Below are positions 37,926 to 50,434 of a stretch of DNA of 64,000 nt, piece by piece. Both the position numbers and the translations under genes were made by a program. This DNA is from Cyanophora paradoxa CCMP329 (taxonomy: Eukaryota > Plantae > Glaucophyta): positions 62,001-126,000 of the forward strand of contig QPMI01000129.1 in NCBI GenBank assembly GCA_004431415.1, read 5' to 3'. A model generated the notes under the pieces. That model worked only from the letters and a program-made list of their open reading frames with translations. It did no database searches and was not told where the DNA came from. Positions within the stretch are counted from its first letter, which is position 1, and each line of letters begins with the position of its first letter.

Positions 37926-38918
37926 CGCGAGCTCACGTTCCGGGCGGGCCCGCTCCAGCGAAACTCGACGGCGACCTGCGGGCGGCTGGCGCTGTAGAAC
38001 CGCACGCTGCTGTCCACCCGCTTCGGGCCCGCCGGGCCCCCGCTCGCCGCCCCGCCCCGCCCCGGGGCCGGCGCCGGCGCCGGCGCGGCGGCCGCTGGTT
38101 GCGGGCGGGGGCGGCGGAGGGGAGCTGGAAGGCGGGCATGGCGGGGGGCGGCAGCCCGGCGAGCGAGCCGGTCTCGGGGCTCGCCGGCCCGCGGGACCGC
38201 ACGCGCGACGGCGGGCTCCCCAGGCCCTGCCGCCACCGTACCCCCGTGAGCGCGCGGGGCCGGCGGCATCCCTTCGGAGGGGCCGGCGGCACCTTCACGG
38301 AGGGCGCCTTGGCGAGGACCGCGATCTCAATCTCGTTGTTCGTGTTGTTTCCGTCCCGCACGCACTTCTGCTCCCGCGCGCGAGCGGCGCGCGTAAGAAT
38401 CTGCCGTGTCCATGCGGATCCCGGCGGGCGGGGGCCGTGGGCACCTGGTCCGGCGCGTGCTGCCACTTTCCATCCACCACGTACTTGTACCTGCAAAGCG
38501 CGTAAGCGGCCGCCGGGCCGGTGCCCGGATAGGTCGGCTGGCGGTCGACTCGTCTAAAGGGCGCCCGCCCAATGCCCTGGTGCGTGCGGGCGCCCGATCC
38601 TTGCGCGCGGGGAATCATATGCGAGATATTGCGCACTGGTATCGCCCGGGCGGCAGGCGGATAGAAGCATAAGCGTGTCCGCCCCGCGCGGGATCTCGAG
38701 TCAACACCAGGAACTCCTGTGAGCGGATCGGTTAGGTAAAGCCATGCTCCTCACTCGCCGTACGCGAAAAGTGGGTCGCGCCCTTCGGCGCGCCGCGCCG
38801 ATCGCACCTTCCACGGGTTCGCACCGAAGGAGCCAGTGATCTTCACCTCCTTCCCCCCGCCGGTCCAGCGGAACTCGGTCTCGACGGCACCGGTGCTCTC
38901 GCTCGCTCCCATATGCAT
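34362..38918 (-). CDS. treZ: TreZ-like (GH13_10 malto-oligosyltrehalose trehalohydrolase-like) enzyme with two extra N-terminal AMPK-beta-type CBM48 domains
   Basis: Two copies of FRW.G..V..TG.F..W...YKYVVDGKW.HAPDQ. Then FRVWAP, IYELHVG, NWGYDG, LDVVYNHFGPDG, IDGLRLDSAH, NHDQVGNR and LLFMGQEF. Start tentative. Confidence 0.9.
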
Positions 38919-39050
38919 TACCGGCCTCGGGGTCAAGTTTGCTGACTGTACCCCCGCTGAGACATCTTGCTTCGTCCGGCGGCAACTCAGCGATGCACCG
39001 AGCGCTTCGGCGAAGCTAGCAGAAACCACACTTTAGCGCCGAGGACTCGG

Positions 39051-41468
39051 ATGGAGCTCAGACTTCTTGCATTTCTCGTCGCGCTCCTCGCGCTGGCACC
39101 TGGAGCACTCGCGCAAGATGCTACGGAGGGCGCCTGCTACGCGGTGAGCCGCCCGCGCGGGAGGGGGTGGACAGCTGGCGCGATCTGCCATCCTGGGCCC
39201 GCGCGCATGGGCTGCGCGTACGTGCCTCTAGTCCCGCTTCTATGGGACTAGAATACGCCAATCTCGCGCTGAGACGCCGCCCTGGGCGCCACGCGGTCGG
39301 CCCGTCACCGTGGGCCGCTCCGCTCGCGTCATGCGGGGGATCGCGCAGGTGCACACCGCGAAGGACAAGTGCAAGTTTGTACGGGAGACCCCGGACTGCG
39401 AGCCGTGCGTCCCGCGCACCACGCCCCCCCGCCGCGCTACTGCCCTCTCCCGCCTGCAGCTGACGCCCCGCGCCCCGCCGCCTGCGCGCGCCGGTGCGCA
39501 GGGTGGGATACATCCACTTCACGTGAGCACCGCAGGCACTCTGCGCGGCCTGCGCCGACGCGGCTGAGGCGGGGCGGGCGGGGCGCAGGCACATGTACTA
39601 CTGCGCGGAGGCGCCGGCGCTGCGGGCGCTGCTGCTCGTGCTCTACGCGCTGCTCGTGCCGGCCTTCTTCCGCCTGCTGGGCTCCACCGCCGACTCCTTC
39701 CTCCGCCCCGCGCTGGAGGAGCTCGCCGACCAGCTGAACATGAGCCCCGGGGCGGCCGGCACGACCTTCGTGGCCTTCGGCAACGGCGCCCCCGACGTCT
39801 TCTCGGGCATCGCCGCGATCCGGTCGGGGAGCTACGGGCTGGCGCTGGGGGCGCTCCTCGGGGGCGGCCTCTTCATCACCTCCGTCGTCATGTCCTCCGT
39901 CGTCCTCGTCGCCGGCGAGCTCCGCGTCCTCAAGGTGCCCCAGACACACGCGCCCCCCGGCTTCTCCCCCCCCTCCTCCCCCCCCCCGCGGCTTCTTCCC
40001 CCGCCCCGCAAGCAACGTACCCCGCGCAGTCGCTGCTGCGGGACGCCGGGGCGCTCTTCTCGGCGGTGGCGGCGGCCTTCGCGGCGACGCTGCTCTACCA
40101 GAGCCCGAGCAGCGTGCCCCTCTGGCTCCCCATCGCCCTCCTCTCCCTCTACGGCTCCTACGTCGCCGGCGTCCTCCTCGCCGAGCTCCTCCGCTCCCGC
40201 TCCATCTACAAGGTGCCGCTCCCCCCCGAAGGAAGGGAAGGAGGAGGCCGGCGGCCTCAGCGGGCCTGCGGGCGCAGGCGAACTCGTTCTTCGTGCCGCC
40301 GCACGTGCCGCACGTGTACGCGAGCGTGCCGAGCCTCGCGGAGGCCATCGCGCCGGCCCCGGGCGAGGAGGACGACGACTCCGAGGTCGACGGCCTCAGG
40401 TTCGAGCCCGCCCCGGGCGATCGCGCGGGCCTCGGTCCGCTGAGAGCCCCGCAGCGTGATCGAGGACGTGGACGACGCCCGCCTGCTCTCCCAGGACCCC
40501 CTCCTCGTCTCCTCATCCTCCTCCCACTCCGCCCCGCGGCCCGCCTCCACGCCCGCCCCCGCCCCCACCCCCGCCCCCGCCCCGGCCCCGGCCCCGGCCC
40601 CGGCGGTCGTCCCGGCCCCCGACAGCGACGAGGAGGACGAGGACGAGGATGGGCCCGGCGGCGAGCGGCGGCGCCTGCTCCCGCGGAGCCCGCCCCCGGC
40701 CGCCCCGCCGGCGCCGGCGCGCTCGGCGGCTGCGGCGGCGGCTGCGGTGCGGGGGTCGAGCGGGGCGAGCGTGGGGGCGGGGACGCAGCAGTCGGGGCTC
40801 TCTGCGGGGTCGCTGCTGCGGCGGCCGCGGGCGGGGCGGCGGGCGCTGAAGGCGGCGCGGGCGTGCCTGCAGTCGGCCCCCTGGCAGGGCCTCCTGCGCC
40901 TGCTGCGCTGGGCCGAGGCCCCCTTCGACCTCGCCCGCCGCCTCACCATCCCCCACGTCGACTTCGAGACCGACGAGTGGTCCCGCCCCCTCACCCTCCT
41001 CGCCGTCGCCCTCTGCCCCGCCACCGTCTACCTCGGCTCCGACAACTTCGACGGTCCCCGCCCCGCCCCGCCCCCTCTGACCTCTCACCTCGCTGAGGGG
41101 CCGCCTGGCAGACATGGTGGAGGTCGGGGGCGGGGCGCGGGTGCCGCTGCTCCTCTTCCTGCTCGCCGCGGGGACGCTCCCCGCCGCCCTCCTCTTCCTC
41201 TACACCCGCTCCCGCCCCGACCTCCCCCGCGTCCGCGCTTCTTCACCCTACCCCCGCCCTCCCCCCTGCTTCCTCCTGACCGCCCCGCAGCCCCGCGCCG
41301 TGTACGCCGTCGTCGGTGCCGCCTGATCCCTCCACCCTCGACCCCCCACTCGGGCTGACGGCCGCGCCGCGGGGCGCGCTGGCGGGCGGCCTCAGCGTTC
41401 GCGTGCGCGGCCTTCTGGGTGAACGCCGTCGCCGCCGAGCTCGTCGGCGTCGTCACCTTCGCCGGCCC

Positions 41469-41500
<32 letters not shown>

Positions 41501-42315
41501 GAGTCCAGGGCCTTGAGAGGGCTCGGGGGGTTCCCCTCACCGTCCGCCCTCGCCCCGGCAGGGATCCTGCTGAACGCGGACCCGGCGCTCATGGGGATGA
41601 CCGTCATCGCCTGGGGCAACTCCATGCCCGACCTCGTCACCGGTGCCCCCGCCCCGCCCCCGCCCCCGCCCCTCCCCCGACGCCTCGCCGACCGTCTGAC
41701 GCCTCGGCCAGACGTGACACTGGCGCGGCGCGGGCACACGCGCATGGCCTGCGCCGCCTGCTACGGCGGTGCCCCCCCGCGCCCGCGCTATCGCGATCGC
41801 GAGCGAGCGGCCGCCCCGCCTGAGGCCTCCCTTCGTCCGTTCGCTCGCAGGGCCCTTCTTCAACCTCTGCGTGGGGCTCTCCATGGGCCTCCTCTTCTAC
41901 TACTTCGCCGAGGGCGCCATGCCTGTCGCCCAGGCGCGCCCGGGCATTCGATCCCCGTCTTGGGATGTGAGATGGATTCGATCGAGCGCGGGCTGAGCTG
42001 GACCCCCGCCCCCGCCTCCGCCGCGCAGTCGGACCGGGTGCTGGCGGTGACCTTCGCGGCCGTCCTCGCCTCCGTCTCCGTCGCCGCCACCGCCGCCTTC
42101 GTCGGCAAGGCGCGCACCGCCCCGCCCCGCCCCGCCCCGCCCCGCCCCGCCCCGCCCCGCCCCGCCCCGCCCCGCCCTTCGCACCTCGCATCTCTTCCCG
42201 TAGCTGACGCGGGGCGGGCGGGCAGGGGCGGCTGACGTGGCGCTTCTCGGCGCTGCTCTTCCTCGTCTACGCCGCCTCCCTCGCCGCCTGCATCGCCGTC
42301 CGCGAGGCCCGCTAG
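39051..42315 (+). CDS. Cation/Ca2+ exchanger, CCX/NCLX subfamily
   Basis: Signal peptide, alpha-1 repeat GTTFVAFGNGAPDVF and alpha-2 repeat GMTVIAWGNSMPDL...ACYGGPFFN. Confidence 0.92.
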
Positions 42316-42745
42316 ACGGAGCCCGGCCCCTTCAAGCTCATGATCAGCGGCCTGCGATTGCGGTCCCCTCCAGCTCGCTTGTCCCCTAGCTATAGCTATA
42401 TATAGGCCTAGGCCTCCTCGAAATCTTGATTTCACAGCCTCCTCAGAGAACGTGCTCGGTCATGCATATTAAATATTCTGAATTTATGACGCGGAAGTAT
42501 TGTACATGCTGGGAGTACTATACAGTCAACTTGGCAAAGTCAAACAGCCATGCTAAGTATTCTACTAGTACTGCATTTACTAAGTACACGGATCCACAGA
42601 CTAGAAAAGCGAAAAACGAAAGACGAAAACGAAATGGAAGAAGGAACTTCGGAATTATCCGCATTTTATCAGATCTAGAGCAGTTGCAGGTTTGGGTGAC
42701 TGACGTCGACGCGTACGTCCACGCCGGTGCATGCGCACGTGCTGG

Positions 42746-45175
42746 CTACGCAAAAGCAAGGGCGAGGACCGAGATGAAGAGACCGGCGAGGGGCGCCGAG
42801 AGGGGCGCCGCTCCGCTGCGGATGTAGGGCCTGCGCGATAAAGCATTAATGATTAGCCCGGCAGCGCTATCTATATAGCTATAGCTAGCACAAGCGCCAA
42901 CGTTGACGTACACGGCGGATGCCCCCGTCGACGTCGGGATCCAAGCGAAAGCCTGATAATGGAGGAAATCGAAGTCAGCTTTTTAATTTGTGATCGATAT
43001 CGTGAACTTCGGAAAATCACGATTCCCACACGTGTACGACTCTGGTCTAGCCATCCTGGCTCATATGCATGATCATCCAGGATAGGACGCTGGCCGTCTA
43101 TCACAAGCTCGAGCCGCGACGGCGCGCGTGTGCGTGTATCCCGCCGGCGTCGGGCGGAATGCATATGCATATGCATGCGGACCTGGGGGAGGGTGAAGGA
43201 GACGAATTCTCCGGTCGGGCTCCGGATCACGAGGTCGTACCCCACTCCGGGCGTGTACGTCGCTCCCTGCACACGCGCGCCGAAATTCGAAATCCGGTTA
43301 CTTCGTTCGATTTTGAATTTGCAGTCGATTTGAGCCTCGGAAAAATATTGCTCGTGGCAAACGAATGGAAATGAATAGAATACTCACAAGAAGGGCGCGT
43401 TGGCGGGTGCGGCTGCTGCAGGTCTCGAATGAGGGAACCGCTGCGAAGCGAGTGAGTCTGACTTTATATATATAATTAACTTCCGAAGCGGGAGGCACGA
43501 ATTCAACTGGCAACGCACTGAAGCGGATCTCGGTGCCACTGACGAAACGCGGGTTGATTGCAGAACACGAAACGCCCGTCGGGGAAACAATCTCAATCTG
43601 CGCGCGCATGCACAATCGATGTTGGTTACAATATATATGAGTACCATTAAATTCGTGGGAGTAAAGAACAATGTGGCTCACAGCAACGCTCTTTCCAACG
43701 GGGAAGCCCGTGCCAAAGATGCTCACCTCCCCTCCAGTCTGCGATCATGACACGCAATTCGATGCGAAATTTGAAAATCGATGAGGCGATCGCAAGGGAA
43801 CTCGAATGATCACGAGCTCGAGGGTATGCGTATATATATGCTTGAGCTTGCCTGGGCAACCTGGATGGGGGGCGTGTTGAAAGGAGTTGTCGAACTGCCC
43901 CCTGCGCCGCCTGAAACGGCAAATGTGCGACCCGCCACTGTTATTTGTGTGATGTTCTGCGGAATTCAGTTTGTGTCATGATCAGGTCAACGGAAAATTT
44001 AGAACGTAGCGCTATTCCAATTCCAATATTGATTGCAGGGCGGACGCACGAGGGGAAGGGGAGGGGTAGTCGGCCGCGGGGTGGCCGATGCCGTGGGCGC
44101 AGCGATGGTCGAGCTTGAGGGGCTCGGGCTGGGCGACGGGCCCGCGATTGAGCTTGCTGGTGCCGAGGGGGAGGGGCTGGCCACGGCCGCGGGTGCCTCC
44201 GAGGGCGTCGGGCTCGCGATCGCGCTCGGGCTGGGAATCGCGATATCGATCGGCGACGGGCTCGGCGACGGGCTCGGCGACGGGCTCGCGCTCGGCGATG
44301 GGCTCGGGCTCGGGGACGGGCTCGGGCTCGGCGTAGGGGGCACGACACAGGTCTCGCCGATGACTTGGAGTGGCTCGTAGCAGGCACAGGCGGCTCCGGT
44401 GTAGCTGTCAACGATCTTGAAAAAAGCATCGCCGGCTGTGCAATTGCTATCGACGCAGTAGCCCGTGGTCGAGTTGAGCATAAAGACGAATCTCGGTGGT
44501 GAAGCTGCAGCAGAGCAGTCGCTGTTCACCCATTGGGGGTCAGACCGGCAGTAGGGCGTGCCGATGGGCTGGCCAGCCACACAGTTGCCGGGGAAGTTCT
44601 CAGCAACGGATTTAGCCGAGACGTAGACGCGACTGCGGCCCGCTCTCCCGCCGGCTTTGGGGGCGTGCGGCTGGAAGGCGCTGATTTTCGCGATTGAGGT
44701 GCGGGTCGTGGTTGACGTTGAGATCGGCTGGCGGACGCGATTGAGACCAGCACAAGTGGTGGCCATGGCCATGGCAGGACAGCTGCAGACGCGAGGCCTA
44801 GGGACCGCCACTGCGCACGGGGTCTTCCGGTCCCTTATGTCAGCGCTGTATGCGTAAGATTGCAATATTGCATGTTTTTATGCAATTACGAAAAATCATG
44901 ATCAACGTTCGACAAACCGGCGGGCAGGCGCGGGAGCATGCATGGCCTTCAGGCAGATCTAGACGAGGCTGGATACGTTCGCTGCGGCTGCGGAACGCGC
45001 ACGCGCAGGGGTGCATATCTCCGACGTCGACGGCTCCGGGGCCATGGCCAGGGACAGCGACATCAACGCTCGAGCTCGTCGCCACGCCATTCGCATTTGC
45101 AATTGCATCGACGCTGCTGATCACAGCCAACAGGCCGAAGCCCAAGAGCACAGCGGCCGACAACCGCGCCGCCAT
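42746..45175 (-). CDS. Secreted/surface Cys-rich protein with (SP)n stalk, IPT/TIG-like domain and hydrophobic (GPI-like) tail
   Basis: Signal MAARLSAAVLLGFGLLAVISSVDA, a Cys-rich region, PSPSPSPS repeats, GGEVSIFGTGF, and a last exon ...SGAAPLSAPLAGLFISVLALAFA*. Confidence 0.65.
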
Positions 45176-46204
45176 CGTGAGTATGACGAGTTGATCTGGA
45201 GACGCCTCAGCTCAGCGGCTGTGCACTGTGCAGCCTGCTAGCTGCACTGTGCAGTCTGTGCACTGTCACAGTGTGCACTGTGCAGCCGCTGAGCTGCGCT
45301 GCTGCAGGCTGCATGCGCACTGCAGCTGCAGGCTGCGCATGCCGCAGTGCAGCCTGCACCTTGTAACTTTAGTAATTGCGCATGCAATTCAAATTTATAT
45401 TAGCTATAGGGCTGTGGACCTGCTAGCTATAGGCTATACCTGTGGAGGCTGTGCCACGGTGGTCGCTCGTACGGTAACGGCTCGCTGCAATTAAATATTG
45501 TCGCCCGAGTCCGGCGAGTCGCTTCGCGCTCGCGCGCCGCGGCGAGGTTCTATACCGGGTAGGCAATAGCCTATACGCTACAAGTTATTTGGAACCGTAC
45601 GGCTTTCCGCCATAGTAACTTTTCCCAGCCTAGAAACTCGGCGGCCCCGGAAAGTTTGTACGGGGCAAAACTCGGAGACGCTTGTAGAAAAGTTCGTCGA
45701 GACTTAATTTCGACAAAACCTGCAGGAAAATCGTGACGAAAATATGGTTCGCTAGCATCATTTTTTCGTCAACCCTGCGACTTCGACATAGACGGGTCAG
45801 TCGCTGGCCATGGTACCCTTCTCCATTTAAAAATTCTGTTCAAGAGTATCAAATATTCGTCAAAGCTCGATCGGGTCTGACGAATATAGACGAAATAAAG
45901 ACGCTGTCGAAGATTCCTAGGTTTACAGTCCTGCGATCGCGATGACACACTGTGACAGTGATGTACCGTAGTACAGGCAGTACCGTACAGCTCTACTGTA
46001 TACCGAGTCTACTGCAGAACCGTTGAACGAGAAATATTTAGTGGGCTGCATATTTATAGTACTAAAAGTTTTTGGGCGATCTACTATAAATATTTAATTT
46101 CCGCCTGCTGAAGCCGGGCTCCGGCCGGGATTTCTTCAAGGCTTTGGGGACCTTGGGGTAGCCCCGTCTCCGCCATACATGTGTACAAAAGCCGGGGCGC
46201 CATA

Positions 46205-46551
46205 CTGTAAGTCGGGAAATATTTAGTATACTGGATCTTTATAGTACCAAAGTTTTCAGGCCCGACTACTAAAGTTTTATCGTATACTAAACCGAGGTGC
46301 GAGGGGGGGTACGTAGCGCAGCCTTAGTTGCAGCGCGGGAGAAGCTAGCTGTGGACCAGCCTGTGGTGCGAGGGGGCTCTCGGACGCTCCAACAGATCTA
46401 GACCCCCTAGCGCGCGCCGTGCCCACCCCTTCTAAAGGCCGCTACTAAAGCGCTCCGCGCGGCCAACTCCTAATTATTTTCAGCCTACTAAACCGACCAA
46501 ACCCCGGGATTACTAATTATTTTGGGGTCTCAAATATTACCCGAATTACAG
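46205..46551. mobile_element. MITE (TA-flanked, Tc1/mariner-like), copy A
   Basis: TA|CTGTAAGTCGGGAAATATTT ... AAATATTACCCGAATTACAG|TA: 20-bp TIR with 2 mismatches and internal TACTAAA motifs. Possibly nested in an older relative (~46012-46700). Confidence 0.85.
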
Positions 46552-47488
46552 TATGCATGCAGCTGTCATTTGCGGCGATGATTTGCCTGTCGACGTCAAG
46601 ACTGACGGTCACTGACCTACTAAATTATAAAGTTTTACCAGCTGCTGAAGTGGCATTTTTGGCGAAGTACTAATTAGTTTCCTGTACTAAAAATTAACCG
46701 TGAACTATAGCTCTAGCTAGTCAGCCTCGGGTCACCTGGTCGGTGGGTACAGTGACCAAGAGGCTTCTCTTTTCACGGTCATGCTGTCTGTTTGTCGGAT
46801 ACATCGCTTCCCCGATTTTGGGTTTTACTTGCAGCACCGATCACGAACAATGGCTCACTACAATCGGCAAGCTGACAATTAGCCATGTGCCTGGAATTTT
46901 ATCAATAGGTCTTCCGAGTCATTGTGAATGGTCAACAATCGGTTGGCGATCAGGCAATCCGCTTTTCAACTATGAATAGCTCTTACAAATCATACATCGT
47001 CAACATCGACAATCCGCCCGGCCGCGGAGTCGGCGCGGACTGCAGATCTAGATTCGAACACAGAAAAGTTATGGCATATATACCCGGTCAGCAGATCCGT
47101 GAACACACAAACCGCGCTTCCGTATACGTAGATATCGATCTAAATTCCAACACATGCACATGTACACGTGCAAGCGCACCCGATCTAGCTGGTGAAGCGC
47201 GAGCCGAGCGGGCGCGCCAGCGACCGCGAGGGGAGCGCTAGCGCGCGCTATTACATAACCGGTGACCCGAGGCTGCACTGCCCCGAGGGGGCAGGAAGTC
47301 TTGTTCTCCAGTACGTTATAATTATAACGACAACGTTAACGTTTTATCATAGTATACTATGATAATTAACGTTCATGATCATGATCAACGGTTAACGCGG
47401 TGACGCTGCCACTCAGCACCGCTGGCCATGGGCCACTGCCTGCAGCTGCCAGGCCCGAGGCGCTGCCAGCTGCCAGTTGCAGCGCGGG

Positions 47489-47857
47489 TGTGCCGCCCAC
47501 TTTCCGACTCCCAGCTAGCCCTGGTCGTCGGCTCTAAGCCGGCAGCTTGCCTTGCCTTGTACCCTTTGTAGCCTGCTATTCCTGGTGCCACGTTGTTGCC
47601 AACTGGCCCGCTTATTTTAGCCCTGGGCCCTCGCTTGCCCTGCGCGGCCCTCGCTTGCTGTCTTGTCCCTGTTCTCTGTACTTACTGTCTTACGCTGTAC
47701 CTGTTACTTGCTGTCTTACGCCGGCTCTGCGCCTGCTGTGTACGTAATGGCACCCGCTTGCAATTGCCGTCGCCCTACGGTGCTGTACGGGCCTGTCCCT
47801 CTCTGCTTGGGGCGCCTCTGGGCCTAGCCAACTGCTTAGCGCATCCCGCTCAGCGCA
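47489..47857 (+). repeat. 5' LTR (369 bp)
   Basis: Near-identical direct repeat of 50046-50434. Confidence 0.95.
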
Positions 47858-50045
47858 TGGGGGCTGCTGCGTTGGGCTTCGACTTTTTAGCTCGTATGCC
47901 TGGGGACGAACGCTGCGCTCTTGCATGCCCGAACCCCTGGACAAGCACGCCATCGTTTGCCTTGGCTTGCGCGTACGGCCTCCACTCTCTTGTAGTGGGA
48001 AGCGCCTATGCGGCAGAGCTTAGCAATACGAACCGCATGGTTCATCGCGCGCCTTTCCTTGCTTACGGACCTGGCGCACCACTCTTTCTGTAGTGGGAAG
48101 CGTCCGCCAACCCGTCTATTGAGCCGCACGCGCTCACAGTCATCTAAACGTGCCGTGGCTGCGCTCAAGAGCAAATGCTGATGCAGCCCGCGCGCATGTC
48201 GAGTGAAACTGTATTGTATTGTATCGGGAGACGACACCACAACGTACTACTAAATGTATTGTATGCGGCGAGTGTATCTGAAGAACGCATGGAGTCAAAC
48301 CGCTGCGACGTGAAAGCCCCTGGGATAACACGGCCCCAGTACGCGCCCGAGGTCTCACCTACGACGGCTGCGGTGGCGCCTGCGGACCTCCCGAGGCACG
48401 ATCAGCGGCGGCGAGTGGCATCCTTCGTCAGGATCACTCCACTTGACTCCACCCTGCATCCAGAGGACGTGCGGCTCCGCGTCTCTCTCGGCTCTGCGGG
48501 TTGCGTACGCGTCAGTGGAAGCCGGCGCAGCTCCACTTGACAGCGATCTCTATGCGAGGAAGCGCATCTATCTGTTGTCAAGTCTACTGTGCGCGCTGTC
48601 GCACCGAGACGGCAGACAAGATGCCAAGACCTTGCCCTGGCTCCGACGACGTAGCTGCCCTTCTCCGGGACGTCCAGCTCGTCAAGCCAGATGTCAGTCG
48701 CTTCACGCACATCTCAAGCGTGTGCGAACTGTCGTTCTTCCCTGTCGGAGGCGTTTGATCAGCGACCGAGGCCTGTTCAGTGGGCGGAGGTCTGACCGAG
48801 GCCTGTCCAGCGGGCGAAGGTCAACAGAAGCGTAAAGAATGCGCTCTGGAACGTCCTACGACGACGTGAGCAGCCATAGCTAAAGTTGGACGGCGGACAG
48901 CGGACCTGTCTGTTGAGGAGCGTCAGCAAGCAGCACTGGGTGATGCCCCGCGACCAGTCTTCACGTTCGCGCGTCGACTGCGTCGGCCCGTCGGGTGATT
49001 CCCGTGCATCGGTTGAACCTGGCAGCTGGGTGATGCCAGCTGGACGCCAGCGCTGTTTCGGTCTGCTTAGCTGTGGGTGATTCCACGCTGACCAAGCCAG
49101 CACGCACCGGCGCTCTAGTCCGGGTGCTTCCGACCAAGCCTCCGCTTGCGACTCTCCGCTGCTGAGAGGTCCATACGTCTGCCTACGACTATCACGCGAG
49201 CACCGATGATCATTCCGGGCCGCGCTGATGCTGTCTCCTGTCCCGCGATGGTGGCCTGCCTAAGCCCCGGCTACGCGCTGCATCTGCGTACGCCGGCGGA
49301 CTCGATGGCTGTATCCGTGGTTTGCCATCCCGTCTGATCGCGGAGGATCCTTGGCGATGGGTCTGTATGATGCGACCAGTGGCCTGCTGCGGCTGCGGAG
49401 CCGACCCCGTACGACTGGCTCGCCGCCTCTACTCTTCATGGCTTGCCTGCTCTACGCGTACGCGGCTGCACACGCTACTGTGCTGTCCGATCGCCCCGCC
49501 TCGTGACTCCGCTGGCCGAGTCACTTGGCAACGCAATGCGGCAAGCTGCGCCGAGCTTGGCCCGCAACGCGTACTCTGCCGCTGCGGCTCTGCTGATCGA
49601 GCCTGCGGTCCTACACTTCTACATCTACACTCTATCTACACTTCTACACTGAGGAACTTTCGACCCGGCGCCGCCGCAGCCCGGCGGCTTGCGGCGCGGC
49701 GCCGGCTTAGGGCTAGCGCTAGCACTCGTTTTCCCCTCCGGCGGGATTTAGAGGGTTTGCCCCCGGTTGGCTGGCGGCGCTCCGCGCGCTCTGGCGTCAG
49801 GTCGTGGGTCCCTCACCCAACTTTCCTTGTTGGGCCCAGTTCCTCATACTGGTGCCGACGGCCTGATGGATTTTCATTTGCCCCTCTAGATCTGGCCCGC
49901 CCGCTGTGGCGCCGAGGACGGCTTTCTGTGCAGGGACGGTAGCCGGCTTTTGGCTCGTAGTCCGTTCAGCCTCGCCTACGTATACGCAGCTTTAGTTCAG
50001 CCTTTAGCTCGTAGCGCCGAGGACGGCTTTTTGTAGCGGGAAGCG

Positions 50046-50434
50046 TGTGCCGCCCACTTTCCGACTCCCAGCTAGCCCTGGTCGTCGGCTCTAAGCCGGC
50101 AGCTTGCCTTGCCTTGTACCCTTTGTAGCCTGCTATTCCTGGTGCCACGTTGTTGCCAACTGGCCCGCTTATTTTAGCCCTGGGCCCTCGCTTGCCCTGC
50201 GCGGCCCTCGCTTGCCCTGCGCGGCGCTCGCTTGCTGTCTTGTCCCTGTTCTCTGTACTTACTGTCTTACGCTGTACCTGTTACTTGCTGTCTTACGCCG
50301 GCTCTGCGCCTGCTGTGTACGTAATGGCACCCGCTTGCAATTGCCGTCGCCCTACGGTGCTGTACGGGCCTGTCCCTCTCTGCTTGGGGCGCCTCTGGGC
50401 CTAGCCAACTGCTTAGCGCATCCCGCTCAGCGCA
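50046..50434 (+). repeat. 3' LTR (389 bp)
   Basis: Same as the 5' LTR plus one extra 20-bp tandem unit at ~50185-50230. Confidence 0.95.

Larger units (their letters stand above)
47489..50434 (+). mobile_element. Non-autonomous LTR retroelement (2946 bp)
   Basis: TG...CA LTRs at 47489-47857 and 50046-50434 with a 4-bp TSD CGGG. PBS TGGGGGCT follows the 5' LTR (tRNA-Pro-like) and purine-rich GTAGCGGGAAGCG precedes the 3' LTR. No gag/pol motifs recognised. Confidence 0.92.

Noticed and set aside
46800-46980. Possible U2-like snRNA starting ATCGCTTC
   Set aside because: No GTGTAGTA branch-pairing motif or convincing Sm site follows.
47489-47857. Retrozyme (hammerhead-bearing LTR), suggested by the 4-bp TSD and LTR size
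   Set aside because: No CTGANGA...GAAA hammerhead core seen on either strand of the LTR.
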